Shown here: in pieces, positions 13,485 to 26,045 of the stretch
Layout of the letters: each line of letters begins with the position of its first letter
Position numbering within the stretch: position 1 is the stretch's first letter
Source of the DNA: Octopus vulgaris
Lineage: Eukaryota
DNA: 64,000 bases
Assembly (NCBI GenBank): GCA_951406725.2
Contig: OX597814.1
Coordinates: forward strand, 171,616,001 to 171,680,000
Direction: 5' to 3'
The notes under the pieces: model-generated
What the model was told of the DNA's origin: nothing
The model's database searches: none
Seen by the model: only the letters and a program-made list of their open reading frames with translations
Position numbers and translations under genes: made by a program

Positions 13485-14334
13485 TAAACTATAGAATATC
13501 TTTAACCTAGTTATACTCTAATATTTTTGTGGAGGCGCAATGGCCCAGTGGTTAGGGCAGCGGACTCGCGGTCATAGGATCGCAGTTTCGATTCCCAGAC
13601 CGGGCGTTGTGAGTGTTTATTGAGCGAAAACACCTAAAAGCTCCACGAGGCTCCGGTAGGGGATGGTGGTGATCCCTGCTGTACTCTTTCGCCACAACTT
13701 TCTCTCACTCTTACTTCCTGTTTCTGTTGTACCTGTATTTCAAGGGGCCGGCCTTGTCACTCTCTGTGTCACGCTGAATATCCCCGAGAACTACGTTAAG
13801 GGTGCACGTGTCTGTGGAGTGCTCAGCCACTTACGCGTTAATTTCACGAGCAGGCTGTTCCGTTGATTCGGATCAACCGGAACCCTCATCGTCGTAACCG
13901 ACGGAGTGCTTCCAAACTCTAATATTTAATTACCAAACTATTTAACAAAACAATCACTCTTAATATTTTTGATTTTAGTTCATATATAATAATTATAAAA
14001 CAATAAATATATATATATAAAAATAAGTATCTAAATCATAATCAACAATTATAGTAATTAAAATCCATATTTTTTCCATCAATAAACATATAAATAATAA
14101 AATAAATTAGTCAATTATTACTTACATAAATATTTTAGATATCTTTCGAAAATATTTATGAAAATTCTAAAGTAAAAACATATAACTTATCGTTTAATTT
14201 TTATATATATATTTATTATTTTATAATTATTATATATGAACTAAAATCTAAGAATATTAAGAGTGATTGTTTTGTTAAATAGTTTGGTAACTAAATATTA
14301 AAGTATAACTAGGTTAAAGATATTCTATAGTTTA
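13485..14334. repeat. AT-rich inverted repeat with ~140-bp arms; left arm split by a SINE
   Basis: 13485-13526 plus 13928-14025 is the reverse complement of 14195-14334. Confidence 0.85.
13527..13915 (+). mobile_element. Young tRNA-derived SINE, family A, 12-bp TSD
   Basis: A box TGGCCCAGTGG and B box GTTTCGATTCC. TSD ACTCTAATATTT at 13515-13526 and 13916-13927. Near-identical copies at 24932, 41813 and 50234. Confidence 0.93.
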
Positions 14335-14832
14335 TTAATGTTTTATTAAGCTAATTTATATCTTCACAGATAAATACATTTTTCTATCTATATACTTTAT
14401 TTTTTTAACCTTAAATATTCAACATAATAAATGTATAGTTGGCAACTGGTTCTTATGTTTTAAGTTTCAAATTTAGTTAATAGAGTTTCTTCTATAAGAA
14501 AAATCATTATTTTATTATTATATTTCTTTTATAAATATTGTTTAACTCTATTTGCTTATTTATTTAACTATTCTTGTTATTATTGTTAACCTGAAAAGTG
14601 ACTATAATTTTAAATTGAATTGATTTTCGATTAAATCTAATTTAATTGTAATTCTAATTTAATTATAGCCATGAAACGTACGTAGTTTTTTTTACTTATC
14701 ATTTATTGATTATTCATTTTTATACTTTTTGTGATTTAGTTAAATGTTTTAAAAAATATATATTATATTTTGTATTTATGATTTGGTTTATATCTATCAT
14801 CTTTTGAATTGCATAATAGTGGTTTTTCTCTA

Positions 14833-14889
<57 letters not shown>

Positions 14890-14893
<4 letters not shown>

Positions 14894-15320
14894 TAATCAA
14901 AGAACATACTGGTATGTCTAACTGCTTGAAATAACTGTCAAATGTCTTATTAAATCGCCAAAAATACACTGATGAAAATTACAGAAGTCAAACGAAGGCA
15001 AAATCAGGTTAAGACAATCTACTAACATACATTTAAGTATTTGGACTCACGTGGACCGGTTTCTGCATTGGTAAAATAAATCTTAGCTTCTTCAGCACGC
15101 GTTACCATGATTAGAGACTCCCAACCCATCGCTTCGAAGTCTGTGCTGCAACTGATTCGTTTCGCGCCGAAATCACAACAGCTACCAGTGTAAAATAATC
15201 TTAACCTGATTTTGCCTTCGTTTGATTTCTGTAGTTTTCATCAGTGTATTTTTGCGATGTAATAAGGTTTGACTGTTATTTCAAGCAGGTAAACATACTT
15301 AGTATGCCCTTTGATTAATC
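14890..15320. mobile_element. Inverted-repeat element (~128-bp arms) enclosing a hammerhead motif; Penelope pseudo-LTR-like
   Basis: 14890-15016 is the reverse complement of ~15197-15320. The spacer contains the hammerhead motif at 15049-15100. Confidence 0.7.
15049..15100 (-). ncRNA. Type I hammerhead ribozyme motif with a degenerate stem II
   Basis: Minus strand GCGTG-CTGAAGA-...-GAAAC-CG-GTC-CACGT. Palindromic stem III ACCGGT and a GUC cleavage site. Confidence 0.55.
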
Positions 15321-16083
15321 AATCCCTCACACTATTTTTGGCACACACACACACACACACACACACACAATAATAGAATTAATGACACCTTCTAAATTAA
15401 TTTTGGGTGAATTTTACATATATATATATATATATATCCTGGGCATTCAGAGAGCAAAAACCCGATGTAGAACTCAATGTATGTATGTTTCAGAACGAAG
15501 TGTTGGTCGCGTATAGAGCGGAAATAAGAAAGAGAGATGACAAAGGAATAAATAAAGTTCTTTAGACACTCATTTAGTCCTTTGTCGTCTCTCTTTTATA
15601 CACACACATATATATTTATATACATATATGTGTATATGTGTGTATGTGGGTGTGTGAGAGAGAGAAAGTGCATGTGTCTGTGTGTGCGTATGTATAGAAT
15701 GTAGAAAAGTTGGTATTTTATACTGTGTAAATTGCACACGCGTATCGGTAAACTGACTGGCAGGATTACATTTCAGTTACTATTAACATCTTGTCACTGC
15801 CGAATTTACCTTCGCAGCTACTAACCAAAACATTCTCCCTCTATCGATCATTATAACATCAATATAACTGCCATTATTATTGTAAGTGCTTCTGATACTG
15901 ATATGTTGCCTGTAATCACCACAGTGACAGTGATAAGATCAAAGCAGCAAGCGCGCTGGCTACAGAGATATAGTAGATATCAGGATCGTCGTAGATGGCA
16001 TTTGAGCTGGTACCGCTAGCGCTAGTGTTGGGAGTGAAGGTACTGCTGTGTTAAGTTGGTTAGTGTAGCATGTGTCTACACAC

Positions 16084-16160
<77 letters not shown>

Positions 16161-16614
16161 CACACATATATATGTATGCATATACACATGTATACGTACA
16201 CACGCACACACACACACACATACACACGCACACACACATATATATATGTATGCATATACACATGTATACGTACACACACACAAACACAAGCACATATACA
16301 CGCATACACAAACATGTATAATGTACGTATACACACATACGCACACACATAATATATTATATGCATAAATACATGAACGTGGTAAGTAGAATTTTACAAA
16401 CATATGTAACAGACTGTTCAAATAATTTGATCCTTTGTTTTATATTATCAGCCTGATAATGTTATCTAAAACACTCCACCCTAAAGTAATCACAATGAGA
16501 AGCTTTCTTTATATATGTATTGTAAAATTCTAATGTAGCGACTCGTAAGACGAGCTAAACCTTTATTTAGTTGTTTATTTATGTAAAGAATGTGTGTATG
16601 CTTCAGTGTGTGTA

Positions 16615-17598
16615 CGAGGTCTGATCAATAAGTATCCGGACTGTCGCCATAGTAACAAAGGTAAAGCACGTAGAATGAAGCTGCTTGGCAAAAATTGACC
16701 TTGAAACTTTGCTTACCAACCACATTTTTCGGGCCCAGTCCAACAGCCTGGCACCTTCTACTATAGCCTCGGGCCAACCAAAGTCTTGTAAGTGGACTTG
16801 GTAGGCAAAAACTGAAAGAACTTTGACCTTCTAGCTCTCTTCCGTTGTTTATAGCAGTGCTTGGTAGGAAGGTGCATAGCATCGTCACATTGATCACGAC
16901 AGAGGAAGCTGTCATAACGATACCTACTCAGAGGCTTAGACCAAGTTGTAAAAAAATGTATAGAGAGGAGTGTATGAGTCACACATAAGTGTACGAAAGG
17001 TTCAGACGTTTCTAAGATGGCCGTAAACAATGTCGATATTGACGGACGTTCTGGGAGATCTGCAACAAGAAGAGCTGAGAAAAACATCGCAGATGTACGT
17101 GCAACTGTGAGGAGAAATCGTCGAATCACCATCATGAGTTATCAGAGGACGTGCAGATCAATTACGGTTCAGTTCAGTCTATTATTCAGTCTATTTGGGT
17201 ATGAGATGCATGATTATCAAGTTTGTGCCAAAACTGCTTTCAGCTGACCAAAAAGATAGTCGGGTTTCAGTTGCACAAGATCTCTTTGATTGTGTCGAGA
17301 AAGATGAAAACTTTTTGAAAACTTTGTGTAGGCTTGTGAGCAGGTATCGCCAAGCTTTTGGCAAAATTTGATGGCAGATTCTCTGCTCAACTTTCTTTGT
17401 CATAATCAATACGACAATCACATGCTACACACGTTCCTTCCAAGCATTGCCCTAAACAGTGAAAGTGAGCTACAACGTTAAAACTTAATGTGCATGCGCA
17501 GCAAAAGTTCAAGGTCAATTTGTGCCAAACAGCTTCACTCTGTGTGCTTTAGCTTCGTTACTATGGCAGCAGTCCGGGTACTTATTGATTAGATCATG
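16615..17598 (+). mobile_element. Non-autonomous mariner foldback derivative, copy 1
   Basis: TA-flanked TIR CGAGGTCTGATCAATAAGTATCCGGACTG and mariner HTH remnant GRSGRSATRRAEKNIADVRATVRRNRRITI. The right arm is an inverted 5' end (MTKKVEQRIC..). A CORE-SINE fragment is inserted at ~16712-16820. Confidence 0.85.
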
Positions 17599-17679
17599 TA
17601 TACGGCAAACAAAACTGTTCAGCATGGCGGGAATATAACATATTTTCACCACCGTCTCTTTCTACTATAGTTTTGGTGA

Positions 17680-17868
17680 GTGGTGAGGTGCTAGTCGGTT
17701 ACATCGACCCCAGTGTTTAACTGGCACTTATTTTACCGACTCCAAAAAGACGTAAAGCAAAGTCGACCTCAGAACCTGAATTTGAACTCAGAACCTAAAG
17801 GGCAGGAATAAATGCTGCTGTGTGTTTTGTCCGACGCGTTAACGACTCTGTCAGTTCGCACACCTTGC
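17680..17868 (-). mobile_element. Meta-domain SINE
   Basis: TACATCGACCCCAGTG..GCAAAGTCGACCTC..TTTGAACTCAGAAC. Confidence 0.7.
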
Positions 17869-18379
17869 CACCACCAGTAATTCATCCTCAACAATAATAC
17901 GTGTCAAACATGAAGCCTCTATGTGGTCCCTGACCTGCTAGAAATAACTGCTAATAACTCTTTCTACATCTTCCTGCGACTACTTCCCTACATCTTTTTT
18001 TTTAAAAAAAACCTACAAAAAAATGAAGGACAATATTGCATAATCTAGTTAGAGAGATATATTTTATATGCCACATTTTTAAAATGGGACGCCTTTTGAG
18101 TTGAGACGTAATCGATCAAAGCTGACCTCGTCTTAAACTGCAACGCAAACCACAGTGCAGACAAGAGCACAACTGGAGCTGCTACTACTATTTCAGCTGG
18201 TAATCCCCCACCGCATTCTCCTGAACTTACTACTACTACTTCTACTACTACTACTACTAGAAAGACCTCCGCCCTTTCTTCTCCCATTTTCTCCCAAATT
18301 TGTTTATTTAAAAAGTTTTTTTTGCCAAAACCACCCCATTTTCGGATACGGAGGTTCCGAAAATTGCCAAAAATCTACC

Positions 18380-18405
18380 GCTGTTGCTGCTGCTGCTGCC
18401 TCACT

Positions 18406-18499
<94 letters not shown>

Positions 18500-18506
18500 A
18501 CTACTG

Positions 18507-18597
<91 letters not shown>

Positions 18598-18598
18598 A
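18380..18598. repeat. (CTA)n/(CTG)n trinucleotide repeats
   Basis: Visible tracts. Confidence 0.95.
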
Positions 18599-19125
18599 GC
18601 CAGGCAGGCACTAGTTACACAAATACACACAAAAAAGATCCGGTGTCAAAGATAACATAATCCTCGTTTGTCAACGAACCAACGAAAATTGAAATTATAT
18701 CTCATCGTATCAATATCTACGGCTGTATAGTACGTTGTGAGGGCGTTGGTGTTGTTAATGTTATTTGAGGTGGTGGCGGTGGTGGTAGTCGGAGTGGTGT
18801 TATTGGTGATAATGTTGGTAGTGGTTATAGAGGCTGTGGTGTTGTGATTAGATGTAGTAATAGTCTTAGTAGTAGTACTACTAGTAGTAGTAGTAGTGAT
18901 GGGTGCTGTTGCGGTGTTGGTATAGTGTTACTGGAAATGGAAGAGGTGACGATGGTGGTCATGGACAGTGTGACTAAGTAGCTCGTTTTACAACTACAAG
19001 GTTTCGGGTTCGCTCCCACTGAGTGGCACCTCGGGCGAGTGCCTTCGGCTGTAGCTCCCGGGATGACCAATGCCTTGTGAGTGAATTTGGTTGGCGGAAA
19101 CTGTGTGGAACATTCATACAAACAT

Positions 19126-19385
19126 GTGGAGACGCGTGGCCTAGTGGTTAAGGTGCTCGACTTGTAATCGTAAAATTGTGGTTTCGATTCTTCTACTGGG
19201 TGATACGTTGTGTTCTTGAGCAAAACACTTCATTTCACGTTGCTCCAGTCCACTCAACTGGCAAAAATGAGTCATCCTGCGACGGACCGACGTCCCGTCC
19301 AGGTGGGAAATATGTACGCCACTGAAGCCGGGAAATCGGCCATTATGAGTCGGCATGAGTCGAGGAGGTAGCTTTACATTTACTT
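19126..19385 (+). mobile_element. tRNA-derived SINE, family B
   Basis: TGGCCTAGTGG A box, GTTTCGATTC B box, GTGTTCTTGAGCAAAACACTTCATTTCACGTTGCTCCAGTCCACTCA, and tail CTTTACATTTACTTT. Confidence 0.8.
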
Positions 19386-19417
19386 TATATACACACACAC
19401 ACAAACACAAACATACA

Positions 19418-19502
<85 letters not shown>

Positions 19503-19503
<1 letters not shown>

Positions 19504-19663
19504 GGGTGCAGGTGTGGCCGTGTGGTAAGTAGCTTGCTTACCAACCACATGTTCCGGGCCCACTTCAACAGACTGGCACCTTGGGCAAGTGTATTCTACT
19601 ATAGCCTCGGGCCAACCGATGTCTTGTGAGTGGACTTGGTAGACAGGAACTGAAAGAAGCCCG

Positions 19664-19666
<3 letters not shown>
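19503..19666 (+). mobile_element. CORE-type SINE, 5' half, ending in (TA)n
   Basis: GCACCTTGGGCAAGTG..GAAAGAAGCCCGTC. Confidence 0.82.
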
Positions 19667-19736
<70 letters not shown>

Positions 19737-19880
19737 AGACAAGAAATAATTTTTGCCTCTTTTTATGGAGACAAAAGGGTTTATTGAACAGTAAAAGATA
19801 AGTGCACATATGTGTGTACACATATATACAGAGGTTGGACGAAATAATGGAAACATTTTAAAATCTCAAGCAAATTTATT

Positions 19881-21931
19881 TTAATATGGTGTAGGAACGC
19901 CTTTGACTGTAATTACACCTTGATTTCTACGAGGTATAGATTCGTACAAAGTTGGAATTGTTTCCAAAGGAATTTTGTCCATTCTTCAGCTAAAACAGTC
20001 TCCAGTTCTTGTAGTGATGATGGTAGAGGATATCGACTCCTTACTTGTTTTTCTAAAATGCACCATAAATGTGCAATAATATTCAGATCTGGGAACTGTG
20101 GTGGCCAGATAAAATGTTCAACTTCACTATAATGTTCCTCGTGCCATTCATTAACAACTTTAGCTGTGTGTATTGGTGCATTATCATCCTGAAAAATTGT
20201 GTTTCCTTCCAGAAACAGTTCTGCAACCATAGGATGTATTTGATCAGATAAAATGCTTAAAGTCTTGACTGTTAATTCTACCGTGAAGGGAAACCATTGG
20301 GCCAGCGGATTTCCAAGATATAGCCCCCATTCCCAGATCATCACAGATCCTCCTCCATGTTTAACAGTTGGAAGAAGGCAGTCTGGGTCAAATGGTTCTT
20401 TTGGCTGTCTCCACACGTATACTCTGCCGGTATTCGGAAATGAGGTAAAGGATGACTCGTCCGAGAAAATGACATTCCTCCACTGCTCTAGAAACCAATT
20501 CTGTAGGTTTTTACTCTACTCTAAACACTTTGCAATCTTTGTTTTTGAAAGTAGTTTTCTGATTGCAGCTCTGCCGTGAAATCTGGCTTTCTGCAACTTC
20601 CGGCGAACAGTTTTTGTGGAAACTGGGTTCTCGTTGTGGTCATTGAGCTCTGCAGTAATTTTGGGAGCTGTACTTTTGTGATTCTTTCTAACGACTCGCG
20701 TAAGAGTCCAACAGTCCCTATCTGAAAGCTGTGAGTTTCCGGAGTTTTGTTGCGACGAAGAGGTGATTCCCTCTTTTTCAAAGACTGTCGTTACTTTCGA
20801 GACAGTACTTCTTGATACACCCAGCATTTCGGCTGTTTTCGTTATGCTAGCGCCTGCCATACGAGTGTTAGAATACGACCGTACGTGCGGAGTTTCGGTG
20901 ACATTGTTCTCCTCTCGTTCAACAGCATCCGGCCGCATCCCAACATAACATAATGTAATGTTATATATGCCATAATATACTGTTTAATATACAGTCCCAA
21001 AGTAAATGTATAAATGGACGCCAAAAACCGTTCTACTTTTATAAAGAGAAGATAGATTTATTTCACTGTGTACAAAGTGATGTGTTATATTTAGCGTAGT
21101 GTTGTGTCATGAATGCATGCTTATAATACTTGTGTCTGTATGTTCGTGTGTATGAAAGAAGTACAGAAATAAGGTTTATGCAAATACAACAGAGCATAAG
21201 AGAAATCTCAACATTTTGTGTTTAAATGAAGTTACTTTAGAGTTATTTTACCAGTTCATGTAGTACACGATAATGAGTTCTATACAAGATTTGAGTCTCG
21301 GAGCTGAGATTAGTTGAGTCACTTGTTGTGCATATTTTTCTCTTGATATAGATATTCTTTCAGATATATATATACTGCAACTGTTTTTCCGTGGTGAGAT
21401 TTTCACACTAACAGCATGAGTTGAATCTGTATTTATCTTGTGTACAAGTTGAAATCTTCTAAGATGGAGACGATGTTGGTGATGACGTTATGTCTGTCGC
21501 TGGTTTACAATAGCGTCTTCATAGTATGGTTGGCTTGGTTGTCGTCTACCTTTCGAACTGGAACATGGTTGAGTAAGCTCTGTGTGGTCTCCGACCAAGA
21601 CCTTAAAAGGTCTTAAGCCAAAAGACATGAATCGTGATATGATCAGCCTATTTAAAGAGTTAAGATGGCTCAAATGAAAAGTCCTATACGAAAGCCGTGA
21701 TTGGTCAGTTTACACACTGGCGCGAAGTAAGTAGAGAGACAAATCGCGCTTAGATGCTAACCAATCATAATAGTGGACACAACAAGGTTAAACTAGCCAA
21801 AGATATTTGTAATCTCAAACGAGATCATTCTTAATATTTTTCTCAAACAGTGAAGATAGCAATGAAGAAAACAATGTTGCTACACGAGCACCAACAATTT
21901 GACCTCTTTGAAAGTCAGATAGATCTGTCAT
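19881..21931 (-). pseudogene. Tc1 DD34E transposase pseudogene, interrupted at codon 16-17
   Basis: MTDLSDFQRGQIVGAR | MAGASITKTAEMLGVSRSTVSKV; VIFSDESSF; TVKHGGGSVMIW; FQDDNAPIH; WPPQFPDLNIIAHLW (catalytic E replaced). Contains stops and frameshifts. Confidence 0.92.
20866..21884. mobile_element. Probable solo LTR (~1019 bp) inserted in the Tc1 transposase
   Basis: Begins TGT and ends ACA, with the 4-bp direct repeat CGAG at 20862-20865 and 21885-21888. Removing it restores the reading frame GAR-MAG. Confidence 0.75.
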
Positions 21932-22287
21932 TTTAATGAATTTTAATTACCATTTTCTGAAGATATCTGAAAAGAAACAGCAATTTTAGCAAAACATATT
22001 AAGCAACACAAATAATAAATCCCAAAATATAAAAATAAAGAAGCTTTTGACGGTTTTATACATATATCAAAATTTTGATGCTATGAGGCTAGGTGTTTCC
22101 ATTATTTTGTCCAACCCCTGTATATATAATTTGGAACAATGGGTATATCTCCGCATGTAAATAATGCTGGGTTCAAAATCCCTTTTGGACAGAAAATGTT
22201 GAAGGCTTTGTGCTTCGAGATACACTTTTCCAAAAACGAACAATTTAACGTTCTCTTGAAAGTTCACAAATTCTTATGGCGTAAACA

Positions 22288-22341
<54 letters not shown>

Positions 22342-22999
22342 CCATATAAGTGTAAACATTGTAACTTAGTGCATTAAAGGAAGTTAGCTTCTATCCGTTT
22401 TAATAAAAGATTTGTACATATTTTCACGTATTTTATTTGATTTCAGTCTTGGTTGTTAGGTGTTTTATTTCAATTTTTATCCTTTGAAATATGTTCGAAT
22501 GAGATCAACGTAAAGTTCGAGTGTATATTTTTCCATCAATTTCTTCTTACGTAAAGTCGAAAAAAAATAAAAGTAACACGAAACGACGTAAGTTGAGATG
22601 TACCTATATATATATTTGCATCTGTGTATGTTTGTGCATCCGTTTGAGTGTGTGCATGTATATGTGCTAAGATAGTTATGCAAACACTCATACATACAAA
22701 CATGCATGCATACATACATACATATATACATACACGAGCACGTAATTTGAATAGGCGTTGATGTAAGCTGTATTTTGCAATAGAACCGCAGAACCGTCTC
22801 CTTACGCTATCATGTACTTCGTGACTTCCACACCAGTCAACCTATATCCACAGGAGTGTGTAAGTATGGATAGGAGATCAATACCTGGTGTCGTATGGCA
22901 TTTGGAGCGGGTGTGAAGTTTCATAACAACACGGAACCTTAGTATCAATATCAGTCAGAAAGGAAGCGCGTTCAAACATTACTGCTGGTTTGTTAAGGT

Positions 23000-23268
23000 C
23001 TCTTTTTCATTGTTTCTTTCCTTCCTTCTTTCATTTTTTTCATTTTTCTTTTCTTTTTTTCCCTTTTTTCCTTTTTTTCCCTTTTCTTCTTTTTTTTCTT
23101 TTCCTTTTTTCTTTTTTCCTTTTTTTTTGTTCTTTTTTACCTTTTACGATCCCTTTTGATCGAAAACCTACGCCACCTTTTTCTTTTTTTATTTTCTCCC
23201 CCAAAAGAAAAGCTCTACCTTGTAACTTGTCCCATCTGTGTGCAGCCCTGTGTGGCCAATAAAGAAAC
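23000..23268 (+). mobile_element. Probable non-LTR retrotransposon 3' UTR (L1/Tx1-like)
   Basis: T-rich tract followed by TTGTCCCATCTGTGTGCAGCCCTGTGTGGCCAATAAAGAAA. The clade assignment is inference. Confidence 0.45.
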
Positions 23269-23519
23269 TTATCTTCCTTAAGACTATAGTTGTTGTTCTT
23301 GCGTTTCATATATTCTCCTTCTTCTCTTCTCCACCTCCTTCTTCATTCTCTTTCTTTTGCCACCCACTCTTTTGCGTATGTCTTGCACTGTTACACTTTC
23401 TTACTAAAACACTGTTTGCTGTCATTGATATTCACGCTGACTATTTGTTCGTTGATTTCTCTCTATCACAGTTACATTCGCACACACACACACACATACG
23501 CGCGTGCGCATACGCTCGT

Positions 23520-23868
23520 AGACGTGCATGTTCATATAAATATACACATATGTACGGACACATCGATAGTAATACATTCAGACACACATGCAAGCAGTTA
23601 CACACATACAAACACACTTGCGCGCACACACAGACACTCACATACACATACACACGCATACACACACAGACGTGCACATACATATAAATATGCACACATA
23701 TGTACAGACACGTATATAGTAATACATTCACACACACACACATGCAGACACACATACACATACACACACACACACACTCGCACACACACAGACGTGCATG
23801 CACATATAAGTATGCACGCATATGTACAGACACGTATATAGTAATGCATTCAGACACACACACATGCA

Positions 23869-23900
<32 letters not shown>
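23520..23900. repeat. Three imperfect tandem units (~120-150 bp) built on CA/TA microsatellite
   Basis: GACGTGCA..CATATAA..ATGTACAGACAC..TAGTAATACATTCA recurs at ~23521, ~23669 and ~23791. Confidence 0.75.
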
Positions 23901-23908
<8 letters not shown>

Positions 23909-24708
23909 CATAGAAACACACATATACGCAAATAAACGCATGTACCAGTTATGAACTGGTGCCGATTAAATCGACTCTCTCTCCATTTCTGCAGAATGTG
24001 TGATGCTGTGCTTATGTTAGAAGTCATTATTTTAAAAAGTAATCCGGCTGGAAACTGGCAAGAATCGTTAACGCGTCCATTAAGCTATTTCGGCTGCATT
24101 AATCACCAGCGCTTTAATGTTCTTAGTTCATATCTCCCCGAGGATGATTTTTGTCTATCGATATGTTGTGTAGACGCCCCCAGACGATGATGTAGGCTAG
24201 CCCAATACGTAGATATAGAGGGAGGAGCCTAGACATGAGGGGCAGAGTAGAGTTGAGTAGAAGGCATCCGAACGTGCGACATAACACGATAACTCAAACA
24301 ACCACCCAAGTAGGGGAGTCGATGTAATCGACGTGCCCTTCCCCCAAAAAATTGCTGCACTTGTACCAAAGTTTGGAACACTTGAACTCAAATTCCACTG
24401 GGGCCGACTTTGCCTTTCACCTTTTTGAGGGCGATAAAATAAAGTACCGGTTAAGTTCTGAAGTCGATGGATCGACTATCCCACCTTCCTTAAAAATGCT
24501 GGCCTTGTGAGAAAAATTTTAAACACCTAATAGGAAAATAGTAAGGCTATAAGCTGGCAAAACCGTTAGAGCATCAAAATAAAGTGTTTTGCGGTATTTG
24601 CTGCGGTTCTTTACGTTCTGAGTTTAAATCTTTTTGGATTCGATAAAATAAAGTACCACTTCAGTATGGAATCAATGCAATCAACTGACTTCCTTCTGTT
24701 CAGAATTG

Positions 24709-25538
24709 GGTACTTTTTCGATATCTCACCCCCATTAAAAATTTGCCATTAAAAAACTGGGTTATCTCCCCACTAATAAAATTTAGTTTATGGGACAAGA
24801 GATTGGATTAAAAGTGTTAGATCCTTTTGATTCAATACTTCAACAGATTGTTGACTTATGGCCTCCTATATAAATGTTAGCAGATTCAATAAGATGTTTG
24901 TTTCAGTTTCTGTGTGTATTAACTTTTTCAGGAGGCGTAATGGCCCAGTGGTTAGGGCAGCGGACTCGCGGTCATAGGATCGCGGTTTCGATTCCCAGAC
25001 CGGGCGTTGTGAGTGCTTATTAAGCGAAAACACCTAAAAGCTCCACGAGGCTCCGGTAGGGGATGGTGGTGATCCCTGCTGTACTCTTTCACCACAACTT
25101 TCTCTCACTCTTACTTCCTGTTTCTGTTGTACCTGTATTTCAAGGGGCCGGCCTTGTCACTCTCTGTGTCACGCTGAATATCCCCGAGAACTACGTTAAG
25201 GGTGCACGTGTCTGTGGAGTGCTCAGCCACTTACACGTTAATTTCACGAGCAGACTGTTCCGTTGATTCGGATCAACCGGAACCCTCATCGTCGTAACCG
25301 ACGGAGTACTTTTTCAGTTTTCAGTTTTCATGCTTATTAATCTTTTCAGTTTTGTATGATTTGTTATAAAAATGTTATTAGATTCAATACGAGGTTTCAT
25401 CGTTTCACTTTTTTTTTTATTAAGGGTTAAACATTTTTTTTTTTAGTTGAGGGACATCATCAAAAGTATCGATATTTCTCATAAAACTAGAGGAGATAAC
25501 CTAATATTTTAATGGGGGTGAGATAACCAATAAGTAAC
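24709..25538. mobile_element. TIR MITE with an 8-bp TSD (Merlin-like), inserted in a Meta-domain SINE
   Basis: CAGAATTG at 24701-24708 and 25539-25546. Imperfect TIR GGTACTT..TATCTCACCCCCATTAAAA. The host SINE (24545-24708) resumes at 25547. Confidence 0.7.
24932..25307 (+). mobile_element. Young SINE, family A, 10-bp TSD
   Basis: Near identical to 13527-13915. TSD ACTTTTTCAG at 24922-24931 and 25308-25317. Confidence 0.93.
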
Positions 25539-25825
25539 CAGAATTGTTGGCTTTGTGTCCAAATCAGAAACCCTTATTTAAAAAACGTGGTAGATGGTAT
25601 AACATTCCCCTGATCACTGAATTACTGTTGACTCAATCACCTGGTCACATGAACGAGACTTGAGCGCAGCTCTGGGGTGTTCAAAATAGAAGTTTCACAG
25701 TTAAAAAAAATCTCGTACAACAATGGGATGAAATGTAGAGAAAACTATTAATACAATAAAGATTTGAATAATTACTTGCAGGACTATTTATAATGTGGAC
25801 AAACTAACATTGTTGAAATGTCTAT

Positions 25826-25991
25826 AGGCGCAGGAGCGGCTGTTTGGTAAGTAATTTGCTTACCAACCACATGGTTCCGCGTTCATTCCCACTGCGTGGC
25901 ACCTAGGGTAAGTGTCTTCCACTATAGCCTTGGGCCAACCAAAGCCTTGTGAGTGGATTTGGTGGACGGAAACTAAAAGAAGCCCGTCGTA

Positions 25992-26045
<54 letters not shown>

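Larger units (their letters stand above)
19829..22120 (-). mobile_element. Tc1-family DNA transposon, full length, inactivated
   Basis: 27-bp TIR CAG(A/G)GGTTGGAC(G/A)AAATAATGGAAACA, TA on both sides, and an internal transposase. Confidence 0.93.

Noticed and set aside
13531-13605. tRNA gene candidates at SINE heads
   Set aside because: A and B boxes are present, but there is no proper acceptor stem and each runs into a repeated SINE body.
13663-13866. 67-aa ORF MVVIPAVLF.. recurring four times (also at 25063, 41860, 50284)
   Set aside because: It lies inside TSD-flanked tRNA-headed SINE copies, so the recurrence reflects SINE identity rather than a gene family.
20866-21884. Intron in the Tc1 transposase
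   Set aside because: There is no AG acceptor at the junction; TG..CA ends and a 4-bp duplication indicate an insertion.
25770-25825. YNVDKL..KCL resembling the pogo/Tigger YN.DETGL motif
   Set aside because: Too short and degenerate, and no TIRs were found.
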